A DNA stretch of 64,000 nucleotides from Nannocystis pusilla (GTDB lineage Bacteria > Myxococcota_A > Polyangia > Nannocystales > Nannocystaceae). The position numbers were made by a program, and so were the translations under genes. The DNA is taken from the NCBI RefSeq assembly GCF_026626665.1, contig NZ_JAPNKE010000002.1, positions 3,437,168 to 3,501,167 on the forward strand, written 5' to 3'. Of this stretch, positions 26,406 to 39,980 are shown piece by piece. Each line of letters begins with the position of its first letter. Position 1 is the first letter of the stretch. The notes below the pieces were generated by a model. It saw only the letters and a program-made list of their open reading frames with translations, was not told where the DNA came from and made no database searches.

Positions 26406-28111
26406 GTGTTCGGCTCGCTCCCGCCGCCGCCGCGGCGCTACTTGCCCGCGCGCGTGCGCCTCGATCGGCTCGCCGATCTCGAGGCCTGCTACGGCGAGCT
26501 CGGCGCGCGACCGCTGCCGGCCGACGACCCGTGGATCCTCGAGCAATGGCTGCGCGACTGGTCCGAGCTCGAGAGCCACCTCGCCGAGGCGCAGGCGCGG
26601 CGCCAGATCGCCACCAGCTCCAGCGCCGACGACCCCGAGGCCGCGCGCGCCTGGCTCGTCCACGTCGACGTCCTCGGCCCCGCCTGCAAACCGCTGCGCC
26701 ACGGCCTCGCGCGGCGGCTCGTCGAGCACCCGGCCGCAGCTCGCCTCCCGCCCGGCCACGCCTGCGCCCTCGCGGTGCTGCGCAACCAGGCCGACCTCCA
26801 CCGCCCCGCCCTCGTCCCGCTCGAGGCCGCCGAGCAGCACCTGTGCGCCGCCTACGGCCAGCTGCGGGCCGGCATGCGCTTCCACTGGGACGGCGCCGAC
26901 ATTCCGCTCGCCCACGTCGAGCGCAGCGACGACGACCTGACCGTTCGCGACGCGAGGCCGCCTGGCGCACCGTCGCCGCCGAGTTCCGCGCAGTGAAGCC
27001 CGAGCTCGATCACCTGTTCGACCGCCTCCTCGACAACCGCCGGGCCCAGGCCGCCGCCGCCGAGCTGCCCGACTACCGCGCCTATCGCTTCCGCCGCCTC
27101 GACCGCCTCGCCTACGGCCCCGCCGACTGCCTCGCGCTGCACGAGGCCATCGCCGCCGAGTTCGTCCCGCTCGCCGGCCGCGTCCTCCGTCGCCGCGCAG
27201 CCGCGCTCGGCCTCGACGTCCTGCGCCCGTGGGACCTCGGTGCCCTGCCCGGCGGCCCGCTCGTCCCGTTCACCCGCGAGGAGGCGCTGATCGCCGGCTG
27301 CGCCCGCGCCTTCGAGGCGGTCGACCCCGAGTTCGCCCGTCAGTTCTCGCGCCTCGCCGAACATGGCCTTTTGGACCTGATGTCGCGGCCAGGCAAGGCC
27401 GCCGGCGCCTTTCAGGTCCACCTCCACGCCAGCGGCCTCCCCTTCGTGTTCGCGGGCGCCGTCGGCCGCCACGAGGACCTGCTCACCGTCTTGCACGAGG
27501 GCGGCCACGCCTTCCACGCCCTCGCCTGCGCCGGCGACCCGCTGATCTGGAACCGCCACCCGCCGATCGAGTTCTGCGAGGTCGCGGGCATGGGCATGGA
27601 GCTGCTCGCCGCCACCCACCTGGGCGCCTTCTACGACGCCGACACCTGCGCCCGCGCGGCCCGCCACCAGCTCGAGCAGCTCGTCCTGTTCCTCCCGCAC
27701 GCCGCCGCCATCGACGCCTTCCAGCACTGGGTCTACACCCGCCCCGACGAGGCCGGCGATCGTGCGACCCGCGACGCCGCCTGGCTCGCGCAGCACTGGC
27801 GGCTGTGCCCCGGCGTCGACTGGAGCGGCCTCGAGGCCGACCGCGCCGCCTTGTGGCAGCGCCGCCTGCACGTGTTCGAGCTGCCCTTCTACTACATCGA
27901 GTACGCGATCGCCGGCCTCGGCGCGGTCCAGCTGTACCGCCGCGCCCTCGCCGAGCCCGCCGCCGCCGTCGCCGACCTGCGTCGCGCCCTCGCCCTCGGC
28001 GCCCGCGCCCGCCTGCCCGACCTGTTCGCCGCCGCCGGCCTGCACTTCGGGACAGATCGCCACACCGTGCGCCAGGCCGCCGCCGCCTGCCGCGAGCTCC
28101 TCGACCTCTGA
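26406..28111 (+). CDS. M3-family oligoendopeptidase F-like zinc metallopeptidase; frame break ~26950
   Basis: The HExxH motif is LHEGGHAFHAL, with a downstream Glu in EFCEVAGMGMELLA. The N-terminal 180 aa are in the frame of ORF 26406..26996 and the rest in the frame of ORF 26270..28111. Confidence 0.75.
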
Positions 28112-28200
28112 CCTCATATGTCCTTCAGGACATCTTCGGCAGCGCCTGTCCTTCCAGACAGCCCGCGGCAGTCGGCCTGCCGCGAGCGCCTCGACCTGTG
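28112..28200. repeat. palindromic element (GTCCTTCAGGAC; CTGTCCTTCCAGACAG) followed by a ~32-bp imperfect copy of the upstream gene's 3' end
   Basis: The gene tail is gccgcctgccgcgagctcctcgacctctga. The downstream copy is ggcctgccgcgagcgcctcgacctgtga. Confidence 0.7.
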
Positions 28201-28202
28201 AC

Positions 28203-29435
28203 TCACTCGTACGCCGTCACGTACATGTGATACGTCTCGAAGTCGACCGCGCCCGAGGCGAAGATCGTCCCCGCGTCGTCGATCGCCACGTCGACCTCCC
28301 ACGACCCGCTGTCGCAGCTGTGCACCGCCAGCGTCACGCCGGACGGGTCGAGCCGCGCCACCATCCCGCGGAACGGCGGCTCGTTGTTGTACTCGCCGCC
28401 GACCGCGATCTCACCGCTCGCGTTGACCGCGAGGTCGCCGAAGCCCCACATCCCCTCGACGAACGTGTCCCACAGCGGCGTCCCATCCGCCGCGAACTTC
28501 CCGATCTTCACCGCCGACGACCCGATCTCGGCCCCGACCACCACCGCGCCCGCGCCGTCGATCGCCGCGGTACTGAGCACCGAGAGCTCCCACGGGCGCG
28601 TCCACAGCTCCTCGCCGGACGGGTCGAACAACCGGACGCCCTCGTCCCACACCAGCGCCACCATCGCGCCCGCCGAGCCGATCGCCGCCACTTCGAGTTG
28701 CTCCGCGACCTCGAGGTCCCACAGCAGCGTCCCGTCGGCCGCGTGCTTGACCATCCGCGTCCCGTCGCCGACGGCGGCGCGGTCGCTGTACACCGTCGTC
28801 CCGTCGCCCGCGACCGCGATGTCGTAGCCCCACGCGTAGCCCTGATCGCGCGGCCCCAGGTCGCGCTCCCACAGCATCGCTCCGGCCGGGTCGAACTTGC
28901 GCAGCCACTTCCGCGGCGACACCCCGTCCTCGTCGCGGAACATCCCGTAGCCGTTGCCCTCGGCGTCGATGTCCCAGTGGACCGCCCCCGACGGGATCGG
29001 TGTCGTCGCCACCAGCGTCCCCGTCGCGTCGAACTCGCGCGACAGACCGTCGCTGAACACCCGCGCCCGCCCGTCGGCCGCGAGCGACACCTTGCCCGCG
29101 CCGCTCGTCTCCGGATCGACGAACAGCCACGCCCCGCCCTCGCACGCGAAGTCTTCCGGCGTCGAGCCCGAGTCGGTGTCGTGCATGCCCGTCGTCGTCT
29201 CGGTCGTCGCGTCGCCCGGTCCGTCGGTCGTCTCGTCCGGGCCGCCGGTCGTCTCCGCCGCGCTCGTCGTCCCCTCGCTGTCGCTCCCGCCGCCGGTCGT
29301 CCCCTCGCTGTCGCTCCCGCCCGTGGTCGTCCCCGTGCTGACGGTCCCGCCCGTGACCCCCGGGTCCTTCGGATCGCAACCTGTCACTACAGCCATGAAC
29401 CCAAGGACATGTCCAATATACCATGTTCTAATCAT
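28203..29435 (-). CDS. lipoprotein with Thr/Gly-rich linker and beta-propeller-like repeat domain
   Basis: Signal plus lipobox is MIRTWYIGHVLGFMAVVTGC. A GGAGAG SD lies upstream. Repeated motifs are WD/WE...DG...V. The ATG was verified (cat at 29433-29435). Confidence 0.6.
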   Translation of the reverse strand: MIRTWYIGHVLGFMAVVTGCDPKDPGVTGGTVSTGTTTGGSDSEGTTGGGSDSEGTTSAAETTGGPDETTDGPGDATTETTTGMHDTDSGSTPEDFACEGGAWLFVDPETSGAGKVSLAADGRARVFSDGLSREFDATGTLVATTPIPSGAVHWDIDAEGNGYGMFRDEDGVSPRKWLRKFDPAGAMLWERDLGPRDQGYAWGYDIAVAGDGTTVYSDRAAVGDGTRMVKHAADGTLLWDLEVAEQLEVAAIGSAGAMVALVWDEGVRLFDPSGEELWTRPWELSVLSTAAIDGAGAVVVGAEIGSSAVKIGKFAADGTPLWDTFVEGMWGFGDLAVNASGEIAVGGEYNNEPPFRGMVARLDPSGVTLAVHSCDSGSWEVDVAIDDAGTIFASGAVDFETYHMYVTAYE

Positions 29436-29949
29436 ATTTCTCTCCTCGCTCGCGGCCGCCGAGGCCGTCCGCAATTCCTCGTTCTTCGCCCCACGACGGT
29501 GCAGCGCCGGCGCCTGCTCGGCCGCCTGCCCGCGAGCGGGCCCGCGCGTCGCCCCGGAGCATCTTCAGCCCGGCCCGACCTGAACCTGCCTCTTCGGTCA
29601 GCCTCGCCCTCACGGCGCCCGCCGTCGTACGCGCCTGCCTCCTCGGCGGCCGACTCCCGGCGGCCATCTCCGCGCGGAGACTCGTCACCGTGAATCGCAG
29701 CCCGGAGCGACGCCGCATCTGTCGCTTCCGCAAGCAATTCCCGCACCTCCCGATCCTCACGAAAATCCTAATCCTCTTGAAGACCCCCCACGCGCGCGTA
29801 AGTCCCATCACGACCTCCCCGTCCGACCCGCCGGCGCCGCGCCCGCCACGAGTCCGGAAGGTCATGTCTCCGAGGACAGCTCGACCGCGCCGCCCGCCCG
29901 GGTTCCCACCTCTTGCGCCGCTCGCCTGCGCTCGCGCATCCTTCGCCCC

Positions 29950-31758
29950 ATGTCGTCCCGCGCCTCCTGGCTCCTCCTCGCCTCCTTGCTCGCCTGCCGG
30001 CCCGAGCAGTCCACGCAGGCCCCGACGAGCCAGCCCGCCGCGAACGACCCCCCGCGCTCCGCCTCGCAGGACCCGCCCCCGGTCCAACCGGAGCGCCTGC
30101 GCGGGCACCTCGCCTTCCTCGCCGACGACGCCCAGGAGGGCCGCCCACCCGGCACCGCCGCCGACCAGCGGGTCGAGGAGCACATCGAGCAGGCCTTCCG
30201 TCAGCTCGGCCTCGGGCCTGGCTTTGGGGACAGCTTCCGTCAGAGCTTCGAGTTCACCGACGGCGTCGCCCTCCGCTCCGGCGAGCAGAGCGTCCTCCAG
30301 CTCGGCGGCAGGCCCGTCGCGCACACCCTCGTCCCCTTCGCCGCCGCCAGCGCCGCCCCGGTCGGCGCCAGGATCGTCTACGTCGGCCACGGCATCCCCG
30401 GCGACACCCCCGACAGCGGCGACTACGCCAAGCTGCTCGACAAGGTGAAGGGCGCCATCGTCGTCGCGCGCAGCGGCGCCCCGGCCGACCCTCACCTCGA
30501 TCCGGCCAAGACCCGCGTGCAGTCGAAGGTCATCGCCGCCCGCGATCGCGGCGCGGTCGGCTTCATCTTGTGGGAGCCCGACGCCACCGTCCCGTACCCC
30601 AACCACGGCGAGGCCAACGACCTCCAGCGCCCGCGCTCGCCGTGTCCGCCGCCGGCACCCCCGACCTCCTCAAGGCCTTCGGCAAGAAGGGCCCCGTCAC
30701 CGCCGACGACCCGCACGGCGGCCTCAAGCCCGGCGCCGTCGTCAAGGGCTCGCTGCACAGCCCCGTCCAGCGCGTCACCGCCACCACCGCCAACGTCGCC
30801 GCCCTGCTCAAGGGACAGGTTCAAGCGCATCGTCCTCGGCGCGCACATGGACCACCTCGGCCGCGGCAGCAACTCCTCGCTCGCGCCCGGCGTCGACGCC
30901 ATCCACAACGGAGCCGACGACAACGCCTCCGGCGTCGCCGCCCTGCTCGGCGTCGCCGCGGCGCTCGCCCAGTTGCCGCCCGAGGCGCGGCCCTTCGACC
31001 TCCAGTTCGTCGCCTTCGCCGCCGAGGAGATGGGCCTCCTGGGCAGCAAGCGCGTCGTCGAGTCGCTCGCGCCCGAGGCGCGCAAGGACATCGTCGCCAT
31101 GCTCAACTTCGACATGGTCGGGCGCGTGCGCGACAACACCGTCGTCGTCGTCGGCACCGGCACCAGCAGCGCCTGGCCGGGCCTGCTCGACCGCGCCAAG
31201 GTCGACCCGCGGGACGCCGCGCGGACCCTCGTCATCAAGCCGAGCGAGGACGGCTTCGGCGCCTCCGACCAGGCCAGCTACTACGCCGCCGACATCCCGG
31301 TCCTCCACTTCTTCAGCGGCGCCCACGACGACTATCACCGGCCGACCGACGACTTCGACAAGATCAACCTCGACGGCGCCGTCGCGATCGCCGACCTCAG
31401 CGTCCGCCTGGTCGCCTTGATGCAGCGCGAGCGGCCCGTCCTCGACTTCAAGAAGATCGCGGCCGCGGCCCCGCGCGGCGGCGGCTTCCGCGTCTCGCTC
31501 GGCACCGTCCCCGACTACGCCGCCAACGTCGACGGCATGAAGCTCACGGGCGTCCGCCCGCAGAGCCCCGCCGAGGCCGCCGGGCTCAAGGCCGGCGACA
31601 TCATCGTCAAGATCGGCAAGCGCGAGATCCACAACATCGACGACTACATGGCCTGCTTCGGCGAGCTGCAGCCGGGCGTCGCCGTCCCGGTGGTCGTCGA
31701 TCGCGAGGGGGCGAAGGTCGAGCTGACCATCACACCGGCGGCTCCCACGCGTCGGTAG
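29950..31758 (+). CDS. M28-family zinc peptidase (aminopeptidase-like) lipoprotein with C-terminal PDZ domain; compensating frame excursion ~30640-30810
   Basis: Signal plus lipobox is [10 protein letters not shown]28 motifs are [37 protein letters not shown] and NFDMVG. The PDZ domain reads [16 protein letters not shown]. The expected segment [40 protein letters not shown] is readable only in the other frame. Confidence 0.7.
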   Translation: MSSRASWLLLASLLACRPEQSTQAPTSQPAANDPPRSASQDPPPVQPERLRGHLAFLADDAQEGRPPGTAADQRVEEHIEQAFRQLGLGPGFGDSFRQSFEFTDGVALRSGEQSVLQLGGRPVAHTLVPFAAASAAPVGARIVYVGHGIPGDTPDSGDYAKLLDKVKGAIVVARSGAPADPHLDPAKTRVQSKVIAARDRGAVGFILWEPDATVPYPNHGEANDLQRPRSPCPPPAPPTSSRPSARRAPSPPTTRTAASSPAPSSRARCTAPSSASPPPPPTSPPCSRDRFKRIVLGAHMDHLGRGSNSSLAPGVDAIHNGADDNASGVAALLGVAAALAQLPPEARPFDLQFVAFAAEEMGLLGSKRVVESLAPEARKDIVAMLNFDMVGRVRDNTVVVVGTGTSSAWPGLLDRAKVDPRDAARTLVIKPSEDGFGASDQASYYAADIPVLHFFSGAHDDYHRPTDDFDKINLDGAVAIADLSVRLVALMQRERPVLDFKKIAAAAPRGGGFRVSLGTVPDYAANVDGMKLTGVRPQSPAEAAGLKAGDIIVKIGKREIHNIDDYMACFGELQPGVAVPVVVDREGAKVELTITPAAPTRR

Positions 31759-31873
31759 TCGCCGGGTCCGATTCGGCGTCGGTCGTCCGTCCGCGACCGG
31801 CGCGATCGTCGCACCTTTGCCGGAGATCCGCGGAGGAGCGCGAGATCAGCGTTCATCGGCCGCTTCGCCGCCG

Positions 31874-31903
31874 TTGCTCCGATGCCTCCGCGGCTGGTAT
31901 ATG
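31874..31903 (+). promoter_or_regulatory. candidate sigma70-type promoter for mdh-sucCD (TTGCTC, 18-bp spacer, TATATG)
   Basis: ccgTTGCTCcgatgcctccgcggctggTATATGcagcg lies ~35 bp upstream of the mdh ATG. Sequence pattern only. Confidence 0.35.
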
Positions 31904-31936
31904 CAGCGCGGACCTCCTAGGGGAAAGATCTCGCAC

Positions 31937-32901
31937 ATGTCACGCCGCAACAAGATCACGATCGTGGGAGCCGGCAACGTCGGAGCGACGGCCGCACACT
32001 GGGCCGCCCAGAAGCACCTCGGCGACATCGTCCTCGTCGACATCGCCCAGGGCGTACCGCAGGGCAAGGCGCTCGACCTCGCCGAGGCCGCGCCGGTCAT
32101 GGGCTTCGACCTCAAGATCGTCGGCAGCAACGGCTACGACGAGACGGCCGACAGCGATGTCGTCGTGATCACCGCCGGCGTGCCGCGCAAGAAGGACCCG
32201 GTCACCGGCAAGTTCACCAGCCGCGACGAGCTCGTCGAGATCAACCGCAAGATCGTCGGCGGCGTGACCCGCGAGATCGCCAGCCGCTCGCCGAACGCGG
32301 TGCTGATCTGCGTCTCGAACCCGCTCGACGCCATGTGCCACGTCATGTACGCCGAGTCGGGCTTCCCCAAGGAGCGCGTGATCGGCATGGCCGGCGTGCT
32401 CGACACGGCGCGCTACAAGTACTTCATCTCCGAGGCGCTGAACGTCAGCGTCGACGACATCCACGGCATGGTCCTCGGCGGCCACGGCGACACCATGGTC
32501 CCGCTGCCGAGCCACACCTCGGTGGCCGGCATCCCGCTGACCGAGCTGCTGCCGCAGGACAAGATCGACGCCATCATCCAGCGCACGCGCGGCGGCGGCG
32601 GCGAGATCGTCGGCCTGCTCGGCTACTCCGGCTACTACGCGCCGGCGGCGGCCTCGGTGGCGATGGTCGAGTCGATCGTCCGCGACCGCAAGCGCGTGCT
32701 CCCGTGCGCCGCGCTGCTGGGTGGCGAGTACGGCTACAGCGACCTCTTCATCGGCGTCCCGTGCGTGCTCGGCAAGGGCGGCGTCGAGAAGGTCATCGAG
32801 ATGAAGCTCGGCGACAAGGAGAAGGGCATGCTCGAGGTCTCGGCCAACGCCGTGCGCGAGCTGGTGGCCCTCCTGCCCTACGGGAAAGGCCAGGCGACCT
32901 G

Positions 32902-32902
<1 letters not shown>
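31937..32902 (+). CDS. mdh: malate dehydrogenase (LDH-like MDH)
   Basis: [15 protein letters not shown] is the NAD fold. [12 protein letters not shown], the catalytic [10 protein letters not shown] and the full-length C-terminus are present. An AGGGGAAAG SD lies upstream. Confidence 0.9.
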
Positions 32903-34097
<1,195 letters not shown>

Positions 34098-34101
<4 letters not shown>

Positions 34102-34991
34102 GCGTCCTCGTCGACAAGAACACCCGCCTCATCGTCCAGGGCATCACCGGCAAGGTCGGCCTCTTCCACGCCGAGCAGTCGCTCGCCTACGGCACCCAGG
34201 TCGTCGGCGGCGTCACGCCCGGCAAGGGCGGCGAGACCGTGCTGAACGGCCGCGTCCCGGTGTTCCACACCGTGCGCGACGCCGTCGAGAAGACCGGCGC
34301 CAACGCCAGCGTCATCTTCGTGCCGCCGCCGTTCGCCGCCGACGCGATCATGGAGGCCGCGGACGCCGGCGTGCCGCTGATCGTCTGCATCACCGAGGGC
34401 ATCCCGGTGGCCGACATGGTCAAGGCCAAGCGGTTCCTGCAGGACAAGCCCGGCTCGCGCCTGCTCGGCCCCAACTGCCCCGGCATCATCACGCCGAAGC
34501 AGTGCCGGATCGGCATCATGCCCGGCTACATCCACACCCCCGGCCGCGTCGGCGTCGTCTCGCGCTCCGGCACCCTCACCTACGAGGCCGTGCATCAGCT
34601 GACCACGCTCGGCCTCGGCCAGAGCACCGCCATCGGCATCGGCGGTGATCCGGTCAACGGCACCAACTTCGTCGACTGCCTCAAGTTGTTCCAGGACGAC
34701 CCGGAGACCGAGGGCATCATCATGATCGGCGAGATCGGCGGCTCGGCCGAAGAGGACGGCGCGGCCTTCATTCGCGAGCACGTCACCAAGCCGGTGGTCG
34801 GCTTCATCGCCGGCGTCACCGCGCCTCCGGGCAAGCGCATGGGCCACGCGGGCGCCATCATCTCGGGCGGCAAGGGCACCGCCGACGCCAAGCTGGCCGC
34901 GCTGCGCGAGGCCGGCGTGTCGATCGCCGACACGCCCTCCGACCTCGGCTCGACCATGGCCCGCGTGCTCGGGGCCAAGACCAGCGCGTAA
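34098..34991 (+). CDS. sucD: succinate--CoA ligase alpha subunit
   Basis: Start reads [19 protein letters not shown]. The active-site region is [25 protein letters not shown], and the phosphohistidine loop is GHAGAII. The ATG overlaps the sucC stop. Confidence 0.95.
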
Positions 34992-35011
34992 GCATCGACA
35001 CCGTGCACGCG

Positions 35012-35056
35012 CGGGCCCGCGATGTCCTGGTGACATCCGGGCCTTTCGTGTTTGTT
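35012..35056 (+). terminator. candidate intrinsic terminator after sucD (GC-rich hairpin plus T-rich tract)
   Basis: gggcccgcgatgtcCTGGTgacatccgggcc is followed by tttcgtgtttgtt. Confidence 0.45.
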
Positions 35057-35145
35057 CGGCGCGGAGTTGCGCTCGCTCGACGTTCGCGTCGACGCGCGCG
35101 GCAAACACGCTTGCAAACGCGCAGAGGCCGGCCTAACGTTCGGAT

Positions 35146-36243
<1,098 letters not shown>

Positions 36244-36459
36244 CGCGGCCCGGGGGTCGTTTCGCGTCGCCCTCGCGCCCGCGCCCGGGCGCGCGAGGGC
36301 ATGCGAGCGCCGCTCGAAATGCCGCGGCCTGGGCAGTGGTTCCGCCCCGGCGCGCGGTCCGGACCGCAGCGTCCTGAGCCGCACAGAACCTCGCTCGCCG
36401 CGGCTTCTCGCGTGCGACTTGCTTCAGGACCCGCGCCGCCTGAGACTTCTGCGAGCCGG

Positions 36460-37378
36460 ATGGGACCGTTCCGCCTCGAGACTCTCACCAGCCGCGACGT
36501 CCGGGACCGCCTCGAACGTCTCGAGCTACCGTTCAATCAATACGGCATGGATCCGTTCGGGATCTCCAAGAAGCACCTCGGCGTCTTCTATTCGATGCTC
36601 GAGGTCTTCTACAAGATACTTCCGGGTGAAGTGCTTCGGCATCGACAACGTGCCGGAGCGCGGCGGCGCGATGCTCGTCGGCAACCACTCCGGCGGTCTG
36701 CCGGTCGACGGCGGCATGGTGCTCGCATCGTTGTTCTTCGCCCGCGACCTCCCGCGCCACGCCACCGGCATGGTCGAGAAGTTCGCCGGCAACTGGCCCT
36801 TCGTGTCCGAGTGGTTCTCGCGCGTCGGTCAGCTCCCCGGCCTGCCCGAGCACGCCTTGCGGCTGCTGCAGGACGGCCGCCTGCTCATGATCTTCCCCGA
36901 GGGCGCGCGCGGCACCGGCAAGCTCTTCAAGGATCGCTACCGCCTGGTCCAGTTCGGCACCGGCTTCATGCGGATCGCCCTGCAGACCGGCGCGCCGATC
37001 GTCCCCTTCGCCTTCATCGGCGGCGAGGAGGCCCTCCCCACCATCTACCACGCCAAGACGCTGGCCAAGATCGTCGGCGCCCCCTACTGGCCGGTCCCAC
37101 CGTACCTCGTGCCGTTCCCGCTGCCGCTCGGCTGCGAGATCCACTACGGCAAGCCGATGCACTTCCCCGGCACCGGCCGCGAGCCCGACGAGGTCATCGA
37201 GGGCTACGTCGAGCAGGTCAAGAGCGTCGTCAAGCTGCTGGTCCTCCGCGGCTGCGCGCTCCACCGCCAGCGCACCGACGGAACTTTCGCACAGGAACCC
37301 GAGGACAGCTCGTCCGGCTCGTCCTCCGCCGCGCCCTCCTCGACCTCCGGCCCGACCGACACCGACTCCGAACCATGA
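36460..37378 (+). CDS. PlsC-type (LPLAT) acyltransferase; frame break ~36620
   Basis: The LPLAT H-box context is MLVGNHSGGLPVDG, and box III is LMIFPEGARG. The N-terminal 55 aa (MGPFRLETLTSRDV...) are in the frame of ORF 36301, the rest in the frame of ORF 36419. Confidence 0.7.
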
Positions 37379-38286
37379 AGATCTTGATCACCGGCATCAA
37401 CGGCGCCCACGCGCGCATGGTCGCCCTGCGCCTGCGCGCCCGCGGCGACGAGATCCTCGGCATCGACCGCCGCCCCTGGCCCGACGCGCCCGAGGGCGTG
37501 CACGTGTTTCAGACCGACGTGCGCAAGCGGCCGGCCGCCGACGTGTTCCGCCAGCACCGGCCCGACGTCGTCATCCACATGGCGACGATCACCCACTTCA
37601 CCGCCAGCGCCGAGGAGCGGCTGCGCATCAACCTCCACGGCACCCGCCTCGTGTTCGAGTACTGCCACGAGTTCGGCGTCAAGCAGGCCGTGTTCGTCGG
37701 CCGCCACACGATCTACGGCGCCGCCCCCGACGCGCCGCTGTACCGCACCGAGGAGGAGCCGCCGCTGGCCGTCTCGACCTTCCCCGAGCTGGCCGACCTG
37801 GTCGCCGCCGACCTGTTCGCCGCCGCCGCGCTGTGGCGCTGGCCCGGGCTCAAGACCGCCGTCCTGCGCATGGTCTACATGCTCGGCCCGACGCACCGCG
37901 GCACCCTCGCCAGCTTCCTCGCCGGCCCGCGGGTGCCGACGATCCTCGGCTTCGATCCGCTCTACCACTTCATGCACGACGAGGACGGCGTCGAGGCGAT
38001 CGTGCGCGCCGTCGATCACCAGCTGAGCGGGATCTACAACGTCGCCGGCCCGCCGCCCGTCCCGCTGTCGACGCTGGCCCGCGGCACCGGCCGCCAGCCG
38101 ATCCCGATCCCCGAGCCGCTCTTCAAGTACAGCGCCGGCCGCTTCGGCCTGCCCTACCTGCCGCCCGGCGCCGTCGCCCACATCAAGCACCCGATCGTCG
38201 TCGACGCCACCGCCTTCCGCCGCGCCACCAACTTCGAGCACAAGCACGACGCCCACGCCGTCATGGTCAGCTTTCGCGAGTCCTGA
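37375..38286 (+). CDS. NAD-dependent epimerase/dehydratase family protein
   Basis: The Rossmann fold is MKILITGINGAHARMVALRL. A Tyr-x3-Lys-type core is retained. The ATG overlaps the upstream TGA. Confidence 0.8.
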   Translation: MKILITGINGAHARMVALRLRARGDEILGIDRRPWPDAPEGVHVFQTDVRKRPAADVFRQHRPDVVIHMATITHFTASAEERLRINLHGTRLVFEYCHEFGVKQAVFVGRHTIYGAAPDAPLYRTEEEPPLAVSTFPELADLVAADLFAAAALWRWPGLKTAVLRMVYMLGPTHRGTLASFLAGPRVPTILGFDPLYHFMHDEDGVEAIVRAVDHQLSGIYNVAGPPPVPLSTLARGTGRQPIPIPEPLFKYSAGRFGLPYLPPGAVAHIKHPIVVDATAFRRATNFEHKHDAHAVMVSFRES

Positions 38287-38340
38287 AGGACATGTCGCGG
38301 AGGACATGTCGGGACAGACATGTCCCTCAGGACCCGCGGT
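38283..38340. repeat. 14-bp-period GGACATGTCS repeat array (3-4 units)
   Basis: tGAAGGACATGTCG cgGAGGACATGTCG ggacAGACATGTCC ctcaGGAC. Confidence 0.7.
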
Positions 38341-39045
38341 AGGTCCCCGGGCGGTAGCGCAGCAGCGCCACCTCGAACGCCTCGAAGTGCTCCGCCAGCA
38401 GCTCGACCCGGCGCACCAGCACCGCCAGCTCGACCGGCGCCAGCCGCGGACCCCGCCCGCCGTGCGCCTGGCCGGCAGCGCAGGGCTGTCCGCCGGGCCG
38501 GCGTCGAGCGCCTCGCCGAGCAGCACCGCCTCGACGTCGTGGGTCGAGATCCCGACGTGGGCGACGAGCTCGCGCTCCTCGGGCCCGAGCTCGCGGACGC
38601 TGCGGATCCAGCTCCACACCCAGGCGTCGATCGCCGCGTCGGCCGGATCGGCGGCCTCGACCGCGAGCCGCAGCGCGTGTCTCTCGGGCCAGCTCGGCCA
38701 CGCGAGGCGGCAGGTGGTCCAGGGCCAGCGCCGCGTCCGCGCCCGCCAGCGCCTGCCGCTCCATCATCGGCAGCGGGCGAGCGAGCACCCCGAGAACGAC
38801 GCGAACGCGATCGTCCCCAGCGTGCTCGCAAAAAACACCAGCTCGAGCGGGTCAAACACCCCACGGATGAGCGCGGTGACGATGACGGCGATCGTCGACA
38901 AGGCCGCCCAGATCGCCAGGATCTTCGCTCGCCGCCGGCGCTCGAGCCGACGCGTCTCGATCGCCGCGGCGAGCCGCTGGTGACGAGCCGTGCGCGTCTG
39001 CGCACGAATGCTTATCGCCGCCTCGTCGCCTCGATCACCTGGCAC
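38327..39045 (-). CDS. hypothetical membrane-anchored protein, reading frame disrupted at least twice
   Basis: The protein sense is readable across three minus-strand ORF fragments (TM helix ILAIWAALSTIAVIVTALI; ...ERQALAGADAALALDHLPPRVAELAR...; ...WIRSVRELGPEERELVAHVGISTHDVEAVLL...). The boundaries are uncertain. Confidence 0.3.
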
Positions 39046-39216
39046 CGACCGCAGCGTAGATCACACTCGCGTCGGCGGCAGTGCCTTGGGTGCCTTCACC
39101 CCCGGGAGTTTCTCCGAGCAACCCCGAACTTCCGTGCTTGCCGCAAGACACGTTAGAATCACTGCGCGCGCCCCGGTCTACGGAGCGTGCCCCTTCCCTC
39201 GCTCGCAGGAGTCTCC

Positions 39217-39969
39217 ATGACCCAGGCCACCACCTCGGACCGTCCCCTGCCTGTCACTACTGGTCGTCGCCGACGTCGCTTCGGCCTCGCCACCGCGGCG
39301 CTCGGCGCCGCCCTCCTCGGCAGCACGGTCGCCCCCTCGAACGCTGAAGCGGCCGTTCCGCGAGTGCTGCGACCAGGCACTCGCCCGATGCAGTTCCTGT
39401 TCGGCATCGGCCCCTCGTGGGGCATCGGCGGCTCGTCGTACTACTACGACGCCGGCTACTACGGCCCCGGCTGCGGAGCACCCGGCTTCCCCTGTCGCTA
39501 CGGCGGCTTCGGCTACTGGGGCTCGTTCAAGCTGACGCAGGAGTTCAGCGGCCACTTCAGCGGCAACGCCTCCGGTCCGGCGCTGGGCGTCCTCCTCAAC
39601 GAGGAGTTCGGCTACCGTCGCTTCGGCTTCGTCATCGCGCCCAAGTTCACCTACGACATCCAGGTCAAGCGCGACCTCGGCCTCTACATCTCCCCGAACG
39701 TCTCGCTGGGCTACCACCTGCTGTCGGACCGCTGGAACTACTACAACGGCGCCTACTACCACTACACGAACCACGCCGCGAACCTGCAGTTCGGCGTCGG
39801 TCTCAAGCTCATGCTCGACGACCGCTGGATCGTGTGGCTGCAGTTCCCGCAGTTCGACATGAGCTTCGGCCCGCGCTACGGCTACGGCTGCGGCGCCGCC
39901 CCCGGCGCCTGCCCGGCCTTCTTCATCGCCCGCCTGAACCTCCTGCTCGGCGGCGGCGTGTCGTTCTGA
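39217..39969 (+). CDS. secreted Gly/Tyr/Phe-rich protein (possible outer-membrane or cell-surface protein)
   Basis: A GCAGGAG SD lies upstream. The cleavable signal is RRRRRFGLATAALGAALLGSTVAPSNA. The mature part is rich in Y/G/F (GYYGPGCGAPGFPCRYGGFGYWG). Confidence 0.6.
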   Translation: MTQATTSDRPLPVTTGRRRRRFGLATAALGAALLGSTVAPSNAEAAVPRVLRPGTRPMQFLFGIGPSWGIGGSSYYYDAGYYGPGCGAPGFPCRYGGFGYWGSFKLTQEFSGHFSGNASGPALGVLLNEEFGYRRFGFVIAPKFTYDIQVKRDLGLYISPNVSLGYHLLSDRWNYYNGAYYHYTNHAANLQFGVGLKLMLDDRWIVWLQFPQFDMSFGPRYGYGCGAAPGACPAFFIARLNLLLGGGVSF

Positions 39970-39980
39970 GCGAGCCGCGC

